From Nitrospirota bacterium (GTDB lineage Bacteria; Nitrospinota_A; UBA7883; JACRGQ01): DNA of 64,000 nucleotides. Both the position numbers and the translations under genes were made by a program. Positions 1 through 8,455 of the stretch are shown piece after piece (positions within the stretch are counted from its first letter, which is position 1; each line of letters begins with the position of its first letter). The notes below the pieces were generated by a model. It searched no databases. It worked only from the letters and a program-made list of their open reading frames with translations, and was not told where the DNA came from. The DNA is taken from contig JAJRYD010000007.1 of the NCBI GenBank assembly GCA_024275955.1, positions 187-64,186 on the forward strand, given 5' to 3'.

Positions 1-134
1 CTCGCCTGCAAGGCGACAGCGGTGTGGAGGCGAACTTTTTTTAAAGTTCAGTAAGGCAGTGTTTACCGCGTGCGGCAACTCGCCCCACGCCGTGCGTGGT
101 TGACACGGGAGGCAGACGGTCTTACTTTAAAGTT

Positions 135-449
135 ATGCCTATTTACGAGTACGAACATGACGGAGTTCCGTGTCATTTGGGTAAGGTTTTCGAGGTGCAA
201 CAGTCGATACATGACGATGCGGCGACGGTCTGCCCGGACTGTGAAGGAACGATACACAGGATAATATCGCATACCAACGTAAATACCCCCAAAGGGAACG
301 CCGAACTGCGTGACCTCGGGTTTTCTAAGCTGGTGAAAAGGGATGACGGTATTTATGAAAACGTAACCGCGCGCAAAGGGGAAAGCAAGATAATGGAGCG
401 GGGCAAAAGTGAGACGATGCCGGACTTTTCAAAAATCATTAAGGATTGA
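135..449 (+). CDS. FmdB-family zinc-ribbon regulatory protein
   Basis: MPIYEY...VFEVQQSIHDD...VCPDCEG...RIIS signature; ATG at 135 chosen within ORF 96..449. Confidence 0.8.
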   Translation: MPIYEYEHDGVPCHLGKVFEVQQSIHDDAATVCPDCEGTIHRIISHTNVNTPKGNAELRDLGFSKLVKRDDGIYENVTARKGESKIMERGKSETMPDFSKIIKD

Positions 450-789
450 CCGGCGAGAGAAGCCCGAACTTTACAGCCGCAAACATCAACGCGCTGTATA
501 CGAGAGATATTAGCAATGTATTGAAAAGATTTTTCTTGGTGTATTCGTATTTTCCCACTCCTACTATCGTCATAGCCCCTTTGTGCATCATTACAAGCCC
601 CGCGACATTGGTAAGCCAGTAGGCTAACAGCATGTAGAGGGAGAAGTTAAATGGATAGATTTTCCAGAATATGGATGCAAGAAGATAGGCTATCGGAAAG
701 TTTACAACTAGGTCGTTCCACCATGAAAGCGGGGAAAGTATGTACCCGACGAATATAAGCACTCCGGCCTTTATCTTTTCTTCGTCCAT
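439..789 (-). CDS. small integral membrane hypothetical protein
   Basis: 116 aa with about 3 hydrophobic segments; LSPLSWWND..VN.P motif. Confidence 0.7.
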   Translation of the reverse strand: MDEEKIKAGVLIFVGYILSPLSWWNDLVVNFPIAYLLASIFWKIYPFNFSLYMLLAYWLTNVAGLVMMHKGAMTIVGVGKYEYTKKNLFNTLLISLVYSALMFAAVKFGLLSPVNP

Positions 790-859
790 ACTATGTAGGA
801 TAGTCTATTTACAACTGGAAGGTGTTTAAAGGAGCTTTTGGCAGGCTTTGGCTGGACTG

Positions 860-1477
860 TTAGGAGGTGCTTTGCGCGATGATGACACCTGAGTAGAGTT
901 CTATCAAGTTATTTAGCTTTTTCTTGTTTTCCGACTCCATGTTGTAAAAGGGGCCGGCGTAGATGAAATTTTGGCCTTTTTGGAAGGCTCTTACTGCCTG
1001 AAGGTACTGTTTTTCAATTAAGCCAAAAGCCCCAACCGAAAAATTTAGAATTACAAGGTCGCCTTCTGAAATAGAGAGCTCCGAGCTTGTAATGAATTTC
1101 GCTCCGCTGAGGCTTATGTCGTCCATGAAGCCGTCTTCTACTACCTTTCCTTCTTCATCAGTGACAGAAGTGGGGACTATGCACTCGATTCTTTTGGAGG
1201 AGCGCATATTGTTTTCCATAAAATCTTCGCTAAAGGTGAAGGCCCAGAGGTTGGTTTTTTTCAGGTAGGCTACGAGGTGTCCGGTGATTCCGTAGAGCGA
1301 GCCTTTGCGCTGAAACCTAAAAATGAATTCCGTTCCAGGTTTTAGAATGTATTTTAGTTCGTTTGCCAGTTCCAGCTCTAGCAAGAGGTATCTTTTCTTT
1401 TCACTCCAGCCGCGCAATACGCCTGTTGTCTTTTTACCGTTATGTTCAATACTTATTTTCTGGTCAACAATGAACAA
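860..1477 (-). CDS. YcgR-like flagellar brake / PilZ-domain protein
   Basis: RSSKR (RxxxR) and DISLSG (DxSxxG) c-di-GMP-binding motifs after an N-terminal beta domain. Confidence 0.8.
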   Translation of the reverse strand: MFIVDQKISIEHNGKKTTGVLRGWSEKKRYLLLELELANELKYILKPGTEFIFRFQRKGSLYGITGHLVAYLKKTNLWAFTFSEDFMENNMRSSKRIECIVPTSVTDEEGKVVEDGFMDDISLSGAKFITSSELSISEGDLVILNFSVGAFGLIEKQYLQAVRAFQKGQNFIYAGPFYNMESENKKKLNNLIELYSGVIIAQSTS

Positions 1478-1494
1478 AACCGGCTCCTTCGCTT

Positions 1495-2142
1495 TTAATC
1501 GCTAAACTTGTAGTAGAGTTTGTCTATTTTTTTATTAGCTTCCTTATCGCCTGTGCTGAAGCTTATTCCTATAAGAGATTTACCATCCAATCGGTTTACA
1601 TTTTTTATCTGAGCGTCTATTGATATGTTGAATGGCGGTTGAAGCCCGAAAGAGAGCATTATCTCCTCGGAAATATTTAGGTTGTGCTGTCCTTCAAAGC
1701 AGAGCAGTATGCCGTGTTCCGAAAAATCTATACTGGTAGTATCGTAATTCCTGCTGGCAACTGCTTTTACCGGCGCGACCAGACTCAGGCGCGCGCTTTT
1801 CCTTAAGTTCATCTCCGTGATTACATCGGGATATTCAAACACCATGAGACGAAGCTTTGGATGTGTCCTCAGCAGGTAGGTTTTAAAGCTGTAAATCTTG
1901 CCGGTTTTTACAAAACGGATATCTACGGCATCATCGTAGTTTATCTCCATAGCCCGCCCATTCACCGCGGGGGTATCTACAAGGATGTAGCTTCCAAAGC
2001 ATACCCCTCTGAGAGTGGTAAAGACTTTTCTTGTACTGCCGAACACCACCTGCACAGAATTGCCGATAGGAAACTTATGGTCGAGCGAAAAGTTTATTTT
2101 TGAAGTGCCGGCCCTCCTGTAAAACTGCTTTTCATCTTCCAT
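1495..2142 (-). CDS. YcgR-like flagellar brake / PilZ-domain protein
   Basis: RKSAR and DFSEHG PilZ motifs; same architecture as neighbouring gene. Confidence 0.85.
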   Translation of the reverse strand: MEDEKQFYRRAGTSKINFSLDHKFPIGNSVQVVFGSTRKVFTTLRGVCFGSYILVDTPAVNGRAMEINYDDAVDIRFVKTGKIYSFKTYLLRTHPKLRLMVFEYPDVITEMNLRKSARLSLVAPVKAVASRNYDTTSIDFSEHGILLCFEGQHNLNISEEIMLSFGLQPPFNISIDAQIKNVNRLDGKSLIGISFSTGDKEANKKIDKLYYKFSD

Positions 2143-2148
2143 CGTTTC

Positions 2149-2778
2149 TTATGTTGGCAACAAACCTTCAAGATAATCCAACGGGTTGATTTTCCATCCC
2201 GCATGGTTCTCATGGCATAGTATCCTGTCTTCCATTCCACCGCTCTTTCTGGCAAGGCCGACATTATGTGGATCTATGAATCTTTCTTTCTTGATGTTGT
2301 AGATTATACGCACCTGCGGCTCCAGTATATTTTCCGCTCCGGGTTCTATAATCACGGCAAGGCGTTCGCTTTGTAGCCTTACAAGCGTTCCTATCGGGTA
2401 TATCCCAACTGACCGTATAAAGGTTTCCACCAGTGATTTATCGAAATGGTACCTGCTCCATCTGATTTTTATAGCGTTTCGCATCTCTTCTTTCATCGCT
2501 AGGCGGCTCTCGGTTTAGGGCTGTTCCTCCGCTACTTTTTTTATTTCCCCATTCGTTTTTTTCTCAGCCTCTTTTTCTGGAAGCGCTTCTTGGGTGTCCC
2601 TTCCTTTGTCGGTGTCTATGTATACTTTATCGATATTTTGGTTAACGATTCTCTCGATTTCTTTATCGTTTTTCAAAATGAAGGAATTTGTAAGAAACGG
2701 GTTTTCGAGCCAACCGCAATTAAGGTCGCTGATGAACATTCCGGGCTTTAGATCGCTGGAGGCAACTTTCTTTATCAA
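2149..2778 (-). pseudogene. DUF3391-type HD-GYP phosphodiesterase relic: in-frame stop and catalytic core missing
   Basis: ORFs 2515..2778 (LKPGMFISDLNCGWLENPF) and 2149..2496 (HFDKSLVETFIRSVGIYPIGTLVRL) are in one frame, separated by one TAA; no HD or GYP motif between them. Confidence 0.7.
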
Positions 2779-3051
2779 ACTGCGATACTCCCCACAAATT
2801 CGCGTTTACTGCCAGATGCTCTCCTCACGATGCTCTTAGACGAGTGAATGGTACCCCGCCTAAATCGTCAGACTAGGATGTTATATTTTAGGTTTTTTAT
2901 CAATAGGCATATCTGCTTACTTTCAGTCATTTCGCATAGATAACGCTCAAATTCAAATTTTTTTAGGTGAGGTTACAGCTAAATGTAACGCAATATTTCA
3001 CTAAATAATTTAGTTTTCCTTATTATATAGGGGGCAAAATGCATTTTTTGA

Positions 3052-3079
3052 TAAAGTGTTAGAAGCTAGTTTCCGATAA
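3052..3079 (+). promoter_or_regulatory. putative sigma-28 (FliA/SigD)-type promoter
   Basis: TAAA-N16-TCCGATAA, 21 nt upstream of the GGDEF start and followed by AGGAGG RBS. Confidence 0.45.
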
Positions 3080-3100
3080 GGGTGAAAAGGAGGCAAAAAT

Positions 3101-3820
3101 ATGAATTTAGCAAAAAATAATGCGGTACAACCGTCGATAGCGCTTGTCGATGAAATAATCCAAGGTTCCGGCGGGAAGGTGGGAGAGTGGATAAAGCGGC
3201 CGATGGTTTTGCGCCTTAAACGCGAAATATATGCCTATAAGGAAATGCAGGAGAAGCTTGCGCTGGAGCTTGAGAGAGCGAGAGAGGAAAACCAGAAGCT
3301 CCGCAACCTTTCATATACCGATGAACTTACAAAAATACCTAACAGAAGGGCGTTCAAAGAGTTTGCCGCCCGTGAATGGCGGTTGGCTTTGAGAGAGAAG
3401 AAGCCCTTGTCTCTGATTATGGTTGATATTGATTTTTTTAAGAAGTTCAACGATTCTCTGGGACACCAGCAGGGCGATAGCTGTCTTATAAAAGTTGCGC
3501 AAACGATGTCTGGCTTGATACATAGACCGGAAGATATTGTCGCCCGTATAGGCGGTGAGGAGTTTGCGGTGGTTCTTGGCAATACCGGACAGGAAAAGGC
3601 GCCGATGCTTGCGGAAAAACTAAGAGCAATGGTAGAAAAAATGCGGTGCCAGCATATATTTTCGGAGGTCAGCGACGTGGTGACTATTAGCGTGGGGGTA
3701 TCTAGTATCTTTCCAAGCAGGCTTAATTCGCTTGAACAGCTTATCGAGAACGCGGACAAAGCTCTCTACCTTGCGAAAGATAACGGCAGAAACAGGGTGG
3801 AATCTCTGAGCGTTGATTAG
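3101..3820 (+). CDS. diguanylate cyclase (coiled coil plus GGDEF)
   Basis: DELTKIPNRR, DIDFFKKFND, RPED I-site, GGEEF active site, ADKALY.AK..GRNR. Confidence 0.95.
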   Translation: MNLAKNNAVQPSIALVDEIIQGSGGKVGEWIKRPMVLRLKREIYAYKEMQEKLALELERAREENQKLRNLSYTDELTKIPNRRAFKEFAAREWRLALREKKPLSLIMVDIDFFKKFNDSLGHQQGDSCLIKVAQTMSGLIHRPEDIVARIGGEEFAVVLGNTGQEKAPMLAEKLRAMVEKMRCQHIFSEVSDVVTISVGVSSIFPSRLNSLEQLIENADKALYLAKDNGRNRVESLSVD

Positions 3821-3850
3821 AGCTGTAGATAGATTTTTACCCTCATATTT

Positions 3851-3975
3851 CTGTTTCCAGAAGAGTTTTTTTTAAGTGCTTTAAGGGAAAGTTCATTTTC
3901 TAACTTCTTAAAAATAGAGTCTTTAGAGCTTGGCGGGTTATAACAAAATCAGATTTATCTCATTTGGTAATAGCC
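3851..3975 (-). mobile_element. MITE family 1, subtype B, degenerate ends
   Basis: aligns by eye with copies at 11494 and 54618 (ctgtttccagaagagttttt...atagagtctttagag...atttatctcatt). Confidence 0.7.
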
Positions 3976-4144
3976 GGCCGATAGCATCTCCTGACCATAT
4001 AGGCACGAAAACCGGCTAGAATACCTTGTTATGGGGTAAGATGATGCCAAAAAGAGTGACACATCGGCAAAAGAGGCGATTGACATCAGCGAGATTCAAG
4101 ACAAGATACTAAAAAAGATAGGTACCTGTTTTGGCGAATCTACC

Positions 4145-5194
4145 TTGCGTGACGGAACAGCCAATATAGCAGGCGTACAGCCAGGCGCGATGGTTCATTT
4201 CTATATAGAGATGCTTAAAGACGGTACCATAGCGTTGGAGATAATGAGTGGAGATGGCGAACCTACCGGCAAAATCATAGAGGAAGGCATAACCGGAGAT
4301 GAATTTTCTAAGAAATATAAAACCTGCTCCAACCACAAATGCACGCTTAAGCCTAGAACCGTGGACGAAGTGGCAAAAAAAATGTCGATTACCCGGCAAG
4401 AAATGGGAGAGCAAGACCTCAAGCGTGGAGACCTAGAAGGCGCGGAAGAAAAATTTGAACGCGCGATAAACCTTGATGAGAAAAATGTCAGAGCGAGCCT
4501 AGGTCTTGGCATGGCCAAGATGGAACAGGGGAAGGTTGATGAAGCTATGGAGGTTTTCAAAAAACTAAGCTCTGAAAATGCTATCTATAACGAACCTGAA
4601 AAGCATACTTTTAACGAGTTCGGAATATATCTGCGCAAAAACAAGCTGTACAATCTCGCGGTAGAAAACTATGAAAAGGCTATTTATATTTCGCCTGATG
4701 ATGAGGTACTTTACTTTAATTTGGCTCGTGGGTATAAGGAAAACGGTGACGTGGGAACCGCTATCACAAAGCTTCGTGAATGCGTGAGGGTGATAGAAGA
4801 CAAGCCGGAGGGGGACTCCGATGAGGAGAAGCTGGAGCAGGAGAAAATATTGAAGCTGGTTAACGAGCATATAGAACTCTACATGGAAGCGGAAAAGCTT
4901 GAACTGGAAAAAATATTTCAGGCTGGCAGTAAGGCAGAAGACGAAGGTGATGGCAAGGAAAACGCGAAAGAGATGCAGGAGGAACCAGTAGAGGAAGAAA
5001 AGGCTAAACGGAAATCGTTGGAAATGGATGTCGACTACACTAACGATGCTGACAGCTCTGACGGTGTTGTCGCCTCTGACGAAGCTGGCGATGCTGACAG
5101 CGTGGAACAAGATGATGGGGGAACGGCAGAAAAAGAGAGGCAGGCACTAGAGGAACTCCTTGCCGATGATTTCGATAAAGATAAAGAGGCCTGA
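4145..5194 (+). CDS. tetratricopeptide-repeat protein with acidic C-terminal tail
   Basis: several TPR helices (AEEKFERAINLD, FNEFGIYLRK, LYFNLARGY); frame is open upstream to a TAA at 4037 that follows ATG 4031. Confidence 0.85.
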   Translation: MRDGTANIAGVQPGAMVHFYIEMLKDGTIALEIMSGDGEPTGKIIEEGITGDEFSKKYKTCSNHKCTLKPRTVDEVAKKMSITRQEMGEQDLKRGDLEGAEEKFERAINLDEKNVRASLGLGMAKMEQGKVDEAMEVFKKLSSENAIYNEPEKHTFNEFGIYLRKNKLYNLAVENYEKAIYISPDDEVLYFNLARGYKENGDVGTAITKLRECVRVIEDKPEGDSDEEKLEQEKILKLVNEHIELYMEAEKLELEKIFQAGSKAEDEGDGKENAKEMQEEPVEEEKAKRKSLEMDVDYTNDADSSDGVVASDEAGDADSVEQDDGGTAEKERQALEELLADDFDKDKEA

Positions 5195-5204
5195 GAAAAT
5201 ATAT

Positions 5205-6617
5205 ATGACCTGTTTTGGTTTGGCAAAGCTTCGGCAGGTTTTTATCTGCGCGCTGATGGTAAAAATGTTCTCTTTAACGCTTTTTATTGCGTCAACAGGT
5301 TCGCTCGCGTTTGCTGAAAGCGGCGACCAGAGTATTTACGATGAATCTTACAAATACGAGAAAGCGAAAGAATATAAAAACGCGATAAAAACAGTTATGC
5401 CTATTTATAGCCGTTACCCAAGAGGGTACGCGGTAAACCTTACACTCGGCTGGCTTTACTACCTCGACGGCTCCTATGTTAAGTCGAGACTGCATTACAA
5501 AAAAGCTATGATAGCCAAGCCAAGTTCTCTAGAAGCGAAACTTGCTTATGCCCTCCCTCTTTTAAAGCAGAAAAAATGGGATAAAGCCGAAGAGATACTT
5601 AATAATGTTTTGGCAGTCGATAACTATAACTACCAGGGAAACCTCAAGCTTGTTTACGCCTTAAGGAAGCAGGGCAATTACGAACTTGCCGAGAGAGTTT
5701 CCAGAAAAATGCTGGCTATCTATCCGGCAGACGCGTCGCTTTTAAAAGAGCTTGCCCTAGTAGAAAAAGAAGGCGCTAGCCCATTGGCGCTACATAGGCA
5801 AAGAGCTCCCGAAGTTGGGCATATAACGGTGAACGCCAAGCATACCAGCTATAGAAGCTCGGAGGAAAGGCAGAGTAGCGATAACCTTGGGGTGTACGCC
5901 AAGCATCTTATAAAAAATGAATCGTTCAACGGGTCGCTCGATTTTGGCGGAGATGTTTTAATTGTAAGAAACATCTCTGGCGATAAATATCGGCAGGAAG
6001 AATTTACCGGAGTAGTAAATATCAAAAGTATCAGTCTGCCGTATCTCGCGGTAAGGTTTGGTCTTCACACCATTTCTTCTAGAAGCAAACTGGCCGATAC
6101 AGGAGCCACGCTGATAAGCGGAATAAGCTACGCAAAGCCGTTCCGGTGGAATGTCGGTATAGACCTGTTTAAGACAAGATACCTCTATTACGATAGCGCG
6201 GACAAAGGGGCTGATGTAGACCTGTTGCAGGCTTCTCCTTATTTTGGTTTCAGGTTTGGAGGCGGAAAGTTTTATTCCGCTACTAGGGCCGATTATATTC
6301 GGCCTTCGGGAAGGGAAGGGATAAAGGAAAAGACATACAGCTCTTTTGAAGAGGAGATAGCTTTTTTCTTAAAGCCGCTAAGGTTTTCTGTTAAGGGATG
6401 GTCGGGCGAGCGGGTATACCCTGTGCTGAAAGGCGGGCTGATAGCTGTCAACTCGGCATATAAATACAGAAGCGGGTACGGTGCTTCGATAAAATACAAT
6501 ACATTTAAAAGATTTTCCGCGGAGGTAGGCATGGAAGGAAACAGGTTTAAAAGTATCGGAGCGTCGAAGATAACCACCGCCACGACTTATTTTGCTTTAA
6601 TCAAATTTACCTTATGA
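5205..6617 (+). CDS. secreted TPR protein with probable C-terminal beta-barrel
   Basis: signal-like N-terminus, TPR motifs (VNLTLGWLYYLDG, GNLKLVYALR), alternating beta strands ending in terminal F-T-L. Confidence 0.7.
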   Translation: MTCFGLAKLRQVFICALMVKMFSLTLFIASTGSLAFAESGDQSIYDESYKYEKAKEYKNAIKTVMPIYSRYPRGYAVNLTLGWLYYLDGSYVKSRLHYKKAMIAKPSSLEAKLAYALPLLKQKKWDKAEEILNNVLAVDNYNYQGNLKLVYALRKQGNYELAERVSRKMLAIYPADASLLKELALVEKEGASPLALHRQRAPEVGHITVNAKHTSYRSSEERQSSDNLGVYAKHLIKNESFNGSLDFGGDVLIVRNISGDKYRQEEFTGVVNIKSISLPYLAVRFGLHTISSRSKLADTGATLISGISYAKPFRWNVGIDLFKTRYLYYDSADKGADVDLLQASPYFGFRFGGGKFYSATRADYIRPSGREGIKEKTYSSFEEEIAFFLKPLRFSVKGWSGERVYPVLKGGLIAVNSAYKYRSGYGASIKYNTFKRFSAEVGMEGNRFKSIGASKITTATTYFALIKFTL

Positions 6618-7186
6618 CCCCTTTGTTAATAATGAAAACTTTTACGGCACGCGCGGTGGAGCGTAGCATCTTTTTTTTGCTGTTCCTGTTGCCTTTACCT
6701 ATTTCGGCAGTCTTTGCCGGCAGTGACGACCGCGGAACCTATCGCAAATCTTACGAGTATGAAAAAGCTAAAGATTACAAGAGGGCAGTTAAAGCGGTTA
6801 TGCCTGTTTATAGAGACGACCCTTATTCGTATAGAGTGAACTTAAGGCTTGGCCGGCTTTATTATCTCGGCGGGTCGAACGCAAAGTCTATGGAGCATTA
6901 CCGCAAATCTATGCTGGCTGTTCCCGGTTCTGTCGAAGCAAAGCTTGGGTATCTCCAGCCTCTTATGAAGCAAAAGAGCTGGGCCGAGGCCGAAAAAGTT
7001 CTTGATGGAATCCTTAAAATTGACAGTTACAACTATTGGGCGAACCTGCTGTTGGCTAGAGTTTTTAAAAAGCAGAAAAAACTAGGGCGGGCAGAAAAAA
7101 CAGCAAAGAAAATGCTGGTTCTATATCCTACCGATAGCTCTTTTTTGAAAGAGCTGGAGCTGACAAAGAAGGAAGAATTTAGGTAG
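6614..7186 (+). CDS. secreted TPR protein, paralogue of the N-terminal half of the upstream gene
   Basis: SYEYEKAKDYK.A.K.VMP.Y...P..Y.VNL.LG.LYY shared with upstream gene; ATGA overlap. Confidence 0.8.
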   Translation: MTPLLIMKTFTARAVERSIFFLLFLLPLPISAVFAGSDDRGTYRKSYEYEKAKDYKRAVKAVMPVYRDDPYSYRVNLRLGRLYYLGGSNAKSMEHYRKSMLAVPGSVEAKLGYLQPLMKQKSWAEAEKVLDGILKIDSYNYWANLLLARVFKKQKKLGRAEKTAKKMLVLYPTDSSFLKELELTKKEEFR

Positions 7187-7298
7187 CTAGCGACCCGTTT
7201 TCACCCTGCCGATACCCGCCAAAACTCAAGCGCCAAAAGCCAGGGCATTCGCCCGCCGGCGAACACCTAGGTCGATTTTCCCGTATATTTCGCTAGCT

Positions 7299-7439
7299 TT
7301 AAAGGGTGTAGAAAAGGATCGGCAACGCGAAAATGGCCGAGAAAAAAGCGAGCCAAACCGAACCGACAATATTCGTCCTCTTAAAGCAATTTTTGTCGTA
7401 GCATACAAGGTCTTTGGCCTTATCTCTTGTGATAGTCAT
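7299..7439 (-). CDS. 46-aa small membrane protein (below ORF-track cutoff)
   Basis: GGAGG at 7448-7452, then MTITRDKAKDLVCYDKNCFKRTNIVGSVWLAFFSAIFALPILFYTL*; C-terminal 23-aa hydrophobic helix. Confidence 0.6.
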   Translation of the reverse strand: MTITRDKAKDLVCYDKNCFKRTNIVGSVWLAFFSAIFALPILFYTL

Positions 7440-7806
7440 CTGCGTATCCTCCGTTTTTAAAATTACACTTCACCGCACGGAACCGCGGTATCAAGGTTCC
7501 ATTATTTTTGTTTTCTACCCATATAGGGGTGCAATCTGTATGCCTTTTTCTTTGGTTCAGGTTTTCAGCAGGTTCCCAGCCTGCACGGCTTTGGCTCTGC
7601 GGTTTAAGTGTGACAGGCGGCATTTTTCATGCGGTATTTTTATCTGCGCGGACTGCACAGAGGTGCGTTTAGGATGGTCTGGTTTATCGAATAAAGATAC
7701 CTGCTTAACGCCTCTTTTGAAGAAATTTGTCGTTCTCAAGAGGTTTTGAACCTCATTACAACCAGATGCCCAAGCGTACTCGATATTGAAGGTCAATTTC
7801 CATTAT

Positions 7807-7934
7807 GGGCCTGTTGCCAAATCCGATAAATTTGATTTTGTTTAAAGTTGCCGATCGCTAAAACATCTATTTTGAAAAGGTTGGAAGATGAGTCTTTCCT
7901 TTAAGCACTCCAAAAACTATTTCGGCAACGCCCC
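7807..7934 (+). mobile_element. MITE family 1, subtype A
   Basis: gggcctgttgccaaa...ttcggcaacgcccc terminal inverted repeats; aligns with 37614 and 53426 copies. Confidence 0.75.
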
Positions 7935-8128
7935 ATTTCGGCTCTGGCTCTCACTGCTCCTAATGTGAGGCTACATGGTTCACAGAAGAGTTGCTCAAGC
8001 TTAAAAGCGTTTGCTTCTTGTTTTGCTTTATATTATTAAAAATTTAAAATGTTCCAGAGTGTTATACTTTTCCGCGATAGCCTATTTTAAAATTTTGGCA
8101 AGTAATCTGGAAAGGTTTTTTTTTAAAA

Positions 8129-8416
8129 ATGAGTCTGGATCACCTTATTGGCGAGCTTCTCAAGGCGGTCGATAATTTCGGAGTTAATCTACCTGTTATC
8201 GGGTATACCAACGGCCTTGTTATCGTTGGGCTTTTGTTGTTTATCTGGTCGATGCTTATGCGGAAAAGAGCTTCGGAAAACCTTCCTCTTTTTTGCGGCA
8301 AATGCGGCAACTCAAGACACTCTCTTTTTGGTGATTACTCTTATTGCCACCTGAAATGCAAATACAACCCGCCTATGCGGACACAGGCTATAAAGTCTTT
8401 TTACAAAGAAACGTAA
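8129..8416 (+). CDS. membrane-anchored hypothetical protein with Cys cluster
   Basis: TM segment GLVIVGLLLFIWSMLM followed by CGKC...CHLKC. Confidence 0.55.
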   Translation: MSLDHLIGELLKAVDNFGVNLPVIGYTNGLVIVGLLLFIWSMLMRKRASENLPLFCGKCGNSRHSLFGDYSYCHLKCKYNPPMRTQAIKSFYKET

Positions 8417-8455
8417 AAAAAGGAGAAAAAAAATCTTTTCGGCAGGTCTTTGCCT

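Noticed and set aside
1-110. 3' end of an upstream CDS
   Set aside because: All three plus frames are open for a short stretch; frame and product cannot be assigned.
2515-4039. Genome-wide TAA recoding
   Set aside because: Only two cases, both at homopolymer boundaries, and TAA terminates many clear genes here (ffh, rpsP, polA, purS-region genes).
7557-7796. 79-aa minus-strand ORF next to a MITE
   Set aside because: TTG start 10 nt from the MITE end, no RBS, no recognisable motif; may be a remnant but is unsupported.
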